64,000 nt of DNA from a virus, in the IMG/VR virus record IMGVR_UViG_3300000401_000001, positions 3,786-67,785 of that record. One strand, given 5' to 3'. The notes below the pieces were generated by a model. The model was given only the letters and a program-made list of their open reading frames with translations, was not told the origin of the DNA and made no database searches. Position numbers and translations under genes: made by a program. Below, one piece after another: positions 10,814-22,800 of this stretch (position 1 is its first letter; each line of letters opens with the position of its first letter).

Positions 10814-13800
10814 TGGAAGATCTGAGTAGGATCAAAATCTGTCAGAATGGTTGCACCAGTCTGAACTGTAAAGATGATCGAGTTGGAATATACAGGTGTT
10901 GCTCCAGCAGCAGTGATCGCGACGCGATATTCGTCACCATCATCAGCCTGAGTTGCAGGACCAGTTGTGTATACTGCTTGATTTGCACCCGTAATGTTAT
11001 TCCAATCGGTCTCACCATACTGCTTACGCTGCCATTGATAATTCAGAGGAGTAGATCCAACTTCGTTAGTTCCACTGATAATAAAGTCTGCAGATATGCT
11101 GAATTCAGCGGTATTGCCTTGGTTGATCGTGGTGTTAGTAGGTTGATTTCTAATCACGATATAACCAACATCAATAATGATAGGATTGCCTTGCTGATCA
11201 AGTGCTTCACCTGCATATACATCGAATCCACCATTCACTGCGGATCCAGTAGGAGGTACATAATCATCGGGAACTTCTGTCTCTACAGAGACAGAAGCTT
11301 TCTTGTAGCCGATACCAGCACTCTTAACGTCAATTCTGGAGATACCCATCAGTGCTCTAATTCGAGCATCGAAGCCAGATGCGGAAATTACATCAACATT
11401 TGGTCTTGATGTGTAACCATCTCCAGGAGATGTGATGATTGCACCGTTCAGCTTTCCAGAAACGATATCAGCAATTGCTTCAGCACCGCGACCCTTAACA
11501 GTTCCAGTATACTCAAATGTAATCAGAGAGTTGGAAGACTCGATGAGAGCAACCTCACGCTCGTCACTTTCACCTTCGATTTGCAGAACATCACCCGCCT
11601 CGATGGGAGGTACAACTGTTGCTGCGATAACGTCTGCGTCCGAACCAATGTAGGAGAACGCAACGAATGTAGATCCAGCACGAGGAATCTCAGCAAAGAT
11701 GATTCTAGAACCGACAAGCTGGTAGCCAACTCCAGGCTCCTGAATGACACCATTCAGAGAAACGATAATGTTATTTTCTGGGAGAATTGTGTTGGAGGAA
11801 ACACCCTCTGTCAGTGTCAAGGAGTAGAAACCACCAAGGTATCTCAGGTTAAACGAGGAGCGGAGAGAGTCGAACTCAAAGCTAATATCATCAAGTTGCC
11901 TGAGCTTACCAACATAGTAACCGATAAATTCAGATCCAATGCTGGGTGGTTCAGTAAACTGAATTCTGTCGGAGAATGCAGAGTATGCATTTGAGCCACC
12001 AGGAGGCTGCAGAACACCGTTAACAAATACCAAGAGGTGACCAGCTGGATCTGGGAAGTATGCTTCGCCATTATTAACTGTCAGCTTAAAGTCAGTTTGT
12101 ACACCGTCAAATCCACGGAAGAATCTATCACAGCGTCCAAGCAGACCCTTAGACTGAGTTACACCAGCATACCAACCATAATCAGATCTGATTGTGAGGT
12201 TTGATGGGAATTCGCCATTAACATCTTCCAGCCAAATTCTTCCAGTATCACCACTGATTTGCTTACCAGCGATGCGACCGTAGGAAGAGTATTCGGTTAC
12301 TGTTACATTATTAATATTTGCGAGAATAACAGGGAAATTATTCAGGTTCTCAAACTTACCAAGAGCTGTGCCACCAGAAACCAGTTCATTTGGATCTGTA
12401 GTTGTAGTGCCATCTGCTGCCGAGCCATATGGCTGAAGGTTGGCAATCCAGATTTTATGAGTTCCAGTATTCTGAGTGTCATCGAAGTAATCGGTAACAA
12501 CTGCAGTCCATCCAGGAATTTTGGGAACAGTACCGCTAAGGAGATATACAAGATCGCCCTTCTGGAACGAACCAGTATAACCACCATCTCTCACAACATC
12601 AGTAACATCACATTCGATTGTCTTTTCGGCATGAATGAATTGGTTGAGCTCGATATCTCTGAAACCAGTTGCTGTGATGTTTGCAATATTCAGAATACGA
12701 TCTGTGATAGAACCATAAATGATGTCTCCATCGAGGAAGTCGTCGGCAATGGTCTCAATATCAATCTGAATACGACCACCAGTATTTCCAAACAGAGCAC
12801 CAGCAGAATTCTCATATGATGTGATATCTGCTTCAGCACCATTATTCTTGTTAAAGAACATCTCACCGACAGAGAAAGAACCTCTGTCTGCATTGATTAG
12901 AATTCTTTCTGTGCTTGTTCCAGTAATATCTGCTGTGATACCACTATCAACGCCCTCAATAGTGTTTGTGTCGGAGAATACCCCATTCAGATTCTCAACA
13001 TAAATCCAACCCTGATCACTTTGGTCGCCAGTTAATGTAGATGTTTGTAGGATCGTTCCATAGTTCGTGGGGGATCCCTGAACCTGTACGATCTCGCCAT
13101 TTGTGAATCTACCAGATGCATTATCAATGAAGAACTTCTGATAAATTTTGATAATTTCAGCTTCATTATTTCTAGTTCTGATAACCTCAGATCTTGCATT
13201 AGATGCAGTACCAATGAGGATATCTGCAAGATTAAATCCAGCACTGATTGGGGTGTCGATATCAGGATTGCCGTATACTGCGGAAGTGCGAGTGATACCA
13301 GAACGAACGGTTGTCTGTAGGATCATTTGACCCGTGAGACCAGTATCGAGAGCAAAGGCTCTGAATCTAGCATCATGGCGAAGTTCGCGAGCAATCTCAA
13401 ACCACTGAGGTTGTGCATTCAGAACATAGTAATACTGTTGATCTTGCAGACTCTGCTCAATATCATCAGAAGCTGGAATATACTGAAGAATATCACCGCG
13501 AGAGAAGAAGTTTGGACGGTTGATGCGGACAACATTTTCTCTTCTCTCAAACCCAACTTCGATAGTTGGGGTGAGCAGAATAAGTTCAGGATCTGTGTTG
13601 TAGTCTTCACCTTCGTCATACAGATTGGTCAAATTCTGAACGTCTGTATTATTGATATAAGTTACAAAGTTTGTGCTTGGTGCCTTAGATCTGCTCAGAG
13701 CAAAGTATGCAAGATTGAGGGAGCTGTCAATTCTAAATTCCGAAGACTCCTCTTCATACTCAAATCTGTTGTTAATGGCAGCAGTCAGAGTTTCATCTTG

Positions 13801-16800
13801 ATACAAGTCATATCCATTCCACTGAGCAGCATTATTGTTATCATAGAGAGCACGCTTAACATACTCACGAATGCGAGTTACATAGAACAGAAGATGCTGT
13901 CTTGTGACACCCTCAAAGGCAATGAAGTTGCCTTCTCCATCAAACCAAGAGTTAACAACCTTGAGCATACCCTGGTTACCACCAGTATTGAGATCATAAA
14001 TCAGACCGTCCAGGATGGGATCGGCAAAATCAATAGTTGCTCCAGTTCCAGGATATTGAGTAGATGTTCTCTCAAATGACTTGGCTGAGATCGCTTGCTT
14101 ATTAAACAGAATGTGTCTAGCACACTTGCGATCGGAGTAAGAACCACCACCAATCGTGTCGATCATTAGATCAAACAGTGCTTCTGCTGCAGTTGTAACA
14201 TTGTAGCAAGTATAATACTGATATTCAGTATTACTATTCCATGGTGTTTCACGAGTAACTGTAGTCAGATGGCTGGGATTGCCAGCAGCTGCTTCACTAA
14301 TGGTATTTGTGACAATATCAAACAGTGTTTCGATTGTAGATGCAACTTGAGGGCATGTTTGGTTCCAATCAGCAGCAGCACTATCATAAGTGATAGTGAC
14401 ATCACGAACTGCCATTTCGGGAGTGTACTTGATTGGCCAAATATTTGGCAGTGTTTTTGTGATAGTACCATCCTCAATATTTGTGGGAGTGGTAATCGTA
14501 TCAGTAACAATTCCAATCAAGTTGCTAATCGCGTCAGCAACATTCTGGCAGTTTGTAACAGTATCTTGAGTTACTGTGTAACCACCTTGATTGTATGGAT
14601 AGAAATCCAAATCAAGATAGAACTTCTGCGTATAACCATGCGAACCTTGGATCGTGAGAGTATTACCTCTCATAACCTCGATTGCAAGATCTCTTGCCTT
14701 CTCAAAAATCCAAATGGATTCTGTAGACTGAGTTGCAATGTGCTGGAGATTGCTATTGTTTACATAGAACTCAGCAGCACGGAAGACCTTATTGTTTCCA
14801 CCATAACGGAGGTTCCATACCATCGCCTGAAGAACATCAGTTACGTCATGAACGCAATTGATTGCCCCGCCAGGAATAGAAAGACCAGGGAACTGTTGCT
14901 GACCCAGATATACTGCTTCTTCAGCAATTAGACGAGTGTTTCTCTCGATAATGTGGGAAGCGTCAATAAAACGATCATCAACTGCATTGCGCTCATAAGT
15001 CTCAACATCAACAGCATCGAGAGAAGAAGTTCCGATACCACCAGGAACAGTGGCGCCACCTTCTTCTTCATTATAGATGTAAAGATTATCTCTACCGAGA
15101 CCGTTTCTGATCGCAAGAATACAAAGTTCAGAAGCAATCTTGTAAGTGTCGATTGCAGCTTCAGCTTCATTCTCAATATGCAGAAGACTTTCATCTTCTG
15201 GATTCAGATACAGTTTCGCAGCATCCCAAGTTGCAGAATTGCCACCGAGTCTGAGATCATGGATGATCGCATCAATAACACCCATCACATCAGAAGCGCA
15301 CTTATCTGGACCATTGGGAATCTCAAGGTCAAGATACTTGGAGAGATCATTCATGGTATATACTGCTTCCTTAGCAATCAATTCTTTGTTTGCTTCCAGA
15401 AGATTTGCAGCATCAATCATCTGGTTCTTTGTTGGATCCAGATACTCATAACCTTGAGTGTCTACAGTGATTGTAGTGTCTCGATATGCGGGAATTTCAG
15501 TATACTGAGCGACATAGTAATCATCTTGGAGATCCGAGATAATACCAATTTCCGAAGCGGTTGTACCAAACGACAGAAGTGTATTGTTGATTGCATGATG
15601 TACAAGTTTCTTAGTGAACTCAAATGCGTCCAGCATTGCGCTGAGTTCTTTCTCAACATGAGTAACAATATTATTGCTACCAATATAGAAGTCGAGAACA
15701 CGCTGAGTAGAAGAATTGCCACCAGTCAGAAGATCAGTAATAACCGCAGGAAGAATGTATTGCTTGATATCTCTAGCACATACTGCATCGCCGTTAAATC
15801 CAGGGATTACCAGGAAATCATATTCCGTACCGTTGATAGTTGCTTGATACTTGGCATTCAGCCAACCAACAACTTCTTGAGCGATGTAGTCTCTATTCTT
15901 CCAGATCTGGTTACCAGCATCGCGATATCTTTGTCCAGTTGGAGCAAGGATATCTGCAATTGTATTGGAAAGATCAATAATTTCATTCTGAATTGACTGA
16001 GATGCTGGAGATGCAAAGTTATTGGGGATACGAAGAATATCCGTGTACTTAGTGCCATTATATGTCTCCAGATCCAAAGATGTGGTAGTAATCACATAGT
16101 TGCAGACATTAGCGACTTCAGTCCATGCAAATACAGACTGAAGAAGCTCATTACCAACGTATGCGAGATCTCCACTCTTAGTGAGATAACCTCTACCAGC
16201 AATCACGCTATTGTAATTGCCACCATACTTAATGTCCTCGATAATTGCCTTCAGAATATATTCTTTAGTATCGCGGAGACAGAAGTTTGTACCTTGCTGA
16301 GGTCCAATACCATCTGCGGTATCACCAGGCATGATGAAATCGGGATACTTTTCCTTCATCAAACCAACAGTAGTTTCTGCAATCCAATCGAGATTGAGTT
16401 CCAGAATTTTGGCACACTCTCTATGCTCATCTCTAGACAGATTGATGTCTTCGACGATAACCTTTCTTTCATCATAATTAACACTCTTCGCTGTAGTGGA
16501 AGAATTGGTCTGACCTGTATACACACCATAGACTTCCTCAGTGCTCATAATGATGGGTTGTTCTGCATTCAGAGCAAAGGAGATATTCTGGTTATCTGTT
16601 GGGAATGTCGTACCAGGGGTAAAGTTTGCGCTATAATCCGACTCACCCTTCTTAATGATAAAGTTGTCGAGGTGACCAGAGAGAGTATCTGCACCGTTCC
16701 AGCCAGCAAAGATTCTGAAGGGTCTCTCCAGGTAGCTATTGCTATCGGAATAGTCACTTCCAATCTGAGTGCCGTTTACAAACAGTTTAGTGATATTTGT

Positions 16801-19800
16801 GGTTCTGGTAAGTGCAACATGATGCCAGTTATCTATCGTCATCCCATGAGCACCAGAGATTCTATCAGATCCATTGACCCAGAATCTGATGCTGTTTCCA
16901 TCAAGATAGAGAACAGGAGAACCTGGGAGGGAAGAGTTATCAGCTCTAGTGTCGAAGATATACTGGATACCAGTCAAACTGTCAGGTCTAATCCAAGCTT
17001 CGATTGTGAAGTCATCTTGCTCAAACTTGACTACATCTGAGAGTGGGTGTGAAAGATTACCGCCAGACTGGAATCTGAGAGAATTAGTACCAGCAATCTT
17101 CTGCAAAGATGTGATGGCAACATCGCCGTTCACACTAATTCTGGTATTTGTGATGTACTCTCTATTTGTAAATACACCAGAGATAGAATTTGTATAAAGC
17201 CATCTCAGACCAGTGTTAGTGCCCTGGACAGTGAATGTAGTTCCAGAAGATGCGCCAGTGATAACATCGCCAGGGAAGAAGAAGCCATTGCCACCCTTAT
17301 CCTTATAAGCAACTTTCAGAACACGAATAGTCTCATTTTCCTGATAGGAGCCATCGCTCACAATAGGAAGTGCATTGATATTTGTTAGATCCCCTGCTGC
17401 AATAGCTGTGGTTGCGATGGTAGTGAGAGTATCCAAAGCAGCCTGAACATCAGCACAGTTGTTAATGTCTTGGTTGTTACCCAAGCCATAGTTAGGATCG
17501 TAAGTATGACCTTCAGTTGCCGAAGTTAGATAAGGACCAGGATATGTGATTGGATCATAAACAAGTGTAAGGTCTTTTTCATACAGAAGGTTGTTGATAG
17601 CACGCTTAGCGAGATCTCTTGCCTTCTCAAATGCAGTGATTGATTCTGCTGTTTCACCAACCAAACCATTACTAATAGGAGTGCCATTAGCATCAAAGTA
17701 GAATTTGGTGAACTTAACTGTGGCATAGTTTCCATCGCCTCTGATGTCAGCAGCCAAAGCATCAACAAAATAACCAATGTCACGACGGCACTTGTTCTCG
17801 GTTGCACTATATGTGCTAGGTTGTACCAAGTCAATCAAATCGGCAAGAGAACCAGCCAGAAGAACTTCAGACACATTGTCAAACAGAGTTTGCAGCGTTG
17901 CCTGAACATCAGAGCAGTTATCAGGACCATAATTTAGAGTGTTGCTGCCAGGAGTTCCATATGGATTTCCAGGGGAAGGATCTGCAGTAATACCAGTGCC
18001 ACTGGAACCTCCAGTCACGCGCTCATTGTAAAGATTAAAGGTGTCCACACCAATTGTTACAGAGCCAGTAAGCATATTTGACAATGCTTGCTGCATGTAA
18101 GTAAGTGCTTTGCTGAATGCATACTCAGTTGCTTCTGCTTCATTGTTTACATAGAGGAAAGTCAAGCCATCCTCACTGAAGTACATCTGCAGGAACTTAC
18201 GAGTATAAACAGTTCCACCTTGGAACATATCCATCGACAGTGCATCGATGAAGTGGCCAATATCTCTCTTACACTTAACATCACTTGGGATGGGCAGAGT
18301 TGGATACTGAACAACCATGTCCTCATAGGACTGTGCAACGATATAATCCTTATTAAGAGCAATCAAACGATATGCATCAGCATAACGGCTGAACTGATCG
18401 GTCTGATTATCGCCAGGATAGTAGAAACCAGGATGCTGAACTGCAATTTCTGCATTAGCAAAATCAACAATTTCCTGCTTGTTGGCGAGAATCAGATTGG
18501 ATGCATCATACCATCTGTTGAGAGCATCAGTGACGGTATTGCCATACTCAATAGTGATGGAACGGATAGTATCATTTTCAGCCAGAGCGCCACCAGTCAG
18601 ATTTTCATACTCAATTTCGGTAGAACGAACTTCCTCAAAATCAAGGAAGTCTGCATTAATACGCTGGCTTCTGTCATTGAGAAGAACAGGAGTAATGGTT
18701 GTCTCGGAGATATTATCAAGAATGACATTCTGGTTTGTGAGAGAGATAAGACGCTCAAAAATCAAACCAAAGAAGCTGGAACCCTTATTGATAACGAGAG
18801 TATCAACAACATCACCAAGTCTAATATCGCCTTGGATTGTATCGTTAAGATTGTTTGTATTGGAAGTGATCAGTTCTCCATCAATAAAATCTGCAACCGT
18901 CTTCTTAATGAAATACAGAACAGGTGGATTCAGGTTAGTATCGACACGAATAACTTCACCGACAGCTCCAGAAAGACCACCAGTTACTTGAGAACCAGCC
19001 TCAAACTCAGTACCATCGACAAGATTTACAGAAACAACAGGGTCTCTATAAGGAGCAATTCTGGTAATTCTTGCTGCAATATTAGAGCTTGCAGAATAAA
19101 TGATGTCATTCAGATTGATGTTATAAGTTCCAGTCTCAAATTCTGCAGTACCTGATGTCTTCGACAGCACCAGAGTGGAATCGATATTGCCATCAAGATC
19201 GATATTTGTTTCTTCGACCTTTGCAGTATCGCCTCTCATGTTGGTGACTGTCTCACCAAATCTATAGATTGTTTGCTGGTTTACATTTTGGATACTTCCA
19301 ATGAGTGCACTAAAACCTGTTCTTGAGACATCAACACGCTCATTTAGTTGGAAAGGACCGCCAACAATATCAACAATATCGATAGAAGTTGCACCAGTGT
19401 CAACAACTCTTGCTCTTGCTTCAGACTCAAAACCGTTAATAAAGTCACCAATCGAAGGGAAGATGCCGCCGATAGTGTTCAGATTCAGTCTAGTGATAGG
19501 TAGAATCTCAATCTCAACATTTCTGTAAACAACCTTAGAGTCAGGTCTGGGCGCTTCATCGAAGACAATCTCATTACCAACAACAGTGTAAGACTCGCTA
19601 GGTGCCTGAATTACACCGTTAACAGTCACCAGAAGCTGATTGTCTTTAACAATAACTTGCTCACCCTCAACTGTCAGTGGGAAGTTCTTACGAACACCAT
19701 CAAACAGACTACTGATATCATCGATCTTCTTAACGATAGAGGTAAGAATTTCCTCAGAGTTTGTCAGTCTCTTCTTACGGAAAAGAACTTCAGAGTTGTT

Positions 19801-22800
19801 AAATGCTGAGTAGATTGGTTGTGCTGCACCAAAAGAAGTAATTTGATTTACATTAGTGTATTCACTAATGTTTACTTGCTTGGTGAATTCTGTACCGATC
19901 TTACGACCAGAAACATCCTCACCACCAGTCAACTGCAGCTGGCCAAAGAGGTTAAAGCCTGCTGGGTGGTTGTTCTCAAGAATCTGCTTCTTCCACTTGT
20001 TAATAGGAATAGTGGACTTGATAACATAAGAGAAGTTCTGGTAGAAGTAAGAATCCTGAATCTTCTGAACGATTTCAGAAGGCTTACCGATATCATCGAT
20101 GAATCTGCCAGGAGTTTTAGTCAGTGCATCGATATTCAGAACGCCTTTTGCGAGATTGACATTATCAATAACACCAGAAGCTCTAGAAACAACACCCTGA
20201 ACCTTACCACCAACTACAAATTCTCCTCTAGAATCAACAATCTTGAGAATCTTGGGTCCAATCTGCCAACCATCATTTGCAGACACATATCCATATGCAC
20301 TTGCCAGCTCATAGGATTCGCCCTGGAATACTTCTTCACCCTCAAGGAATCTGGAAGTTTCCACAACAGCCTCTGCTTTACCACCAAAAACTTCGGTAAG
20401 CAAAATTTGACGACCATCACCCTGAGTCAAGAACGTGATGAAGTTACCAGCTTCAGCATCAACAGGTGTCAGAGCAAAGCGCAGTTGATCAGATTCCAGA
20501 CCATTTGCTTCGCCAGCAATAGCATAATAAGTCTGAGTGGAAGATAGACTTGTCAGACCAACGCTACTTGGCTTGGGGAGAACACCAACAGTCGAACCGA
20601 CATCTTCAGCACGGAGCTGAATTTCTGCACCTGTGGTGATGCCATGTGGGAAGTTAAACTGCAGGTAATTGAGGTCAAGGTTTACAACATAAGTAAACTC
20701 GGACTTTAGGGTTACTGAGGGTTGGGAGGAATAACCAGATCCAGGATTTTTGATGATAATTTCACTCAAACGGTTATTTCTAACAACTGCAACAGCCTCA
20801 GCACCAGAACCACCACCACCTTCGATCACAACTGCGGGCTCTGATGTATATCCAGCACCAGGGTCTGTAATGCGAATTTGGGAAAGAATGGAAGTATTAA
20901 ACAGTTGCAGGTTGATTGGGAACGAGATCTCAGGGCGAAGAGTGTAGTCATGAGAATAACCATATCCAAATTCATTGCTCTTCAGAGTCTTGATTCTACC
21001 AATCTGCGTACCTGTAAGGAACACAGAAGCACCAGTACCTTCAGGTGGAATCACGACCTCAAGCTCGCCACCAGAACCTGAAAGTGTAGGGCCAAGGATA
21101 CCTTCTACAGAATCAACATCAACTACACCAAATGTATAGCCTTTGCCAGGATTTGTAAGATCAACCTTTGTAATTGTTCCAGATCCAACTTCATCATCAA
21201 GTTCGACAGTAATATTCACAAGACCACCTTCACCATCACCCTGGATCGGCACCTGAGTGTAAACACCAGCGGCATACTCAGTACCACCAGCTACAATATT
21301 GACCTTTTCGATCTTACGGAAAGAAGAAATATCCTCAATCACAGGCAGCTTCTTATAGAAGCCACCACGAGATACCATCTTGATTGTATTGATGGGTCCA
21401 ATAGCCTTCAGCGAGGTGGTGGAATAATAAGAATTGGGTTTATCGAATTCATCCAGACCAACTTCAGCATTCGTAAACTCAGGCTCAAATTCCAAGGGGA
21501 ATCTAAACTCAGTGTCGTTAATTACAGAAGAAATTCTGAACTTACCATCGAAAGGTGTCTTGATAACATCAATGAAGGAGTTTTCACCAACAGGAGAATC
21601 ATCACCAAGTCTAGAAGGATCGAAGTAGTATGTAATATTAGTAACTTCACCAGAAACAGTAAACTTAACTGTAGGAGTTTCCGTTGCAGAGGCAAGACCA
21701 GGAGTGCCCTCGCGCTCAATGACGTTAAAGGAATATTCCAGCTTAAACTGGTTGTCTTCAGAGAACGACAAATAGTATCCAAAGTTGGAAGGATCACTCA
21801 TATCAAAGATATAAGAATGATTCCTCACAAGAAGTAGTGTTGGGTGCTTAGATGCAATCTTAACTCTAGAAATAGCCCCCTGAGCAAACTGTGGTTCTGA
21901 ATCTGCTACAGCACGAATCTGGTAAATAAAGTCTCTAGAAGAGAAGACTTCCTTAACAAAGAAGGAACCATTAAACTGATCAGTAGTGAAACCTTCTACA
22001 AACAGAATATCACCAGCATTAAATCTATGAGGAGTCAAAGAAGTACAGTAGATAAGATCTGTTCTTACCTCAGATGTTCTAATGATATCTTTGTTCAGAT
22101 TTGTCGTCAGAACAACAGATTTTGCAGAAGTGATCCCATCGATAAATGCAATCTTGTTATTATCTTCTGTTGGGCCAGTAGTTACTTGACCACCAAGAGA
22201 AATAACATCACCAACAATAAATGTTGAGTTGGAATATACTTCAGAAATCTGAACTCTATAATCCGCAGAATCGTAAGGTCTGAAAGTCGCATAATCCGAC
22301 AGAGGATCATAAGTAAGAACATATTCCCATGTTACAGTACCATCGGTAACAGTACCTGAGGTGTGTGTTGGGGGAACGGTACTAGATACACCTGCAACAG
22401 TGCACTTGTACTTATTTCTACCATAGTACACATTCTCGTCGAGAGCATAAGACTTATTCTCTTGCCACTCATTCTCCAATGGTGCTGGCCATGGATAGTC
22501 GGATAGATCAACTTCCAGAGCAGGTGCAGCACTAATGTACTGCCACAGAACTCCACCATCGGTTACAATACCGATTTCATGTGTTGGTGGGATATCACCA
22601 GATGTTGCAGTATTTGTCGCAACGTAGATCTTACCATCACTATAGACTTGATCATCTACATTATACTGCTGTCCAATTCTCCACTCATCTTGAGGTCTTG
22701 TTACAGTGAAAGAGATTTCATCAATTGTATTCTGTTGATTTGTGGAGTTCTTAAAGCTGTCTGTATTGTTAAAATTACCAAAAATCTTACCAATCTTGTA

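Noticed and set aside
14110-14130. KCARH as another bilin-attachment motif
   Set aside because: It sits at the block-1 helix position and lacks the Asp. The last module has no Cys at the block-2 position, so it is counted only as a degenerate repeat.
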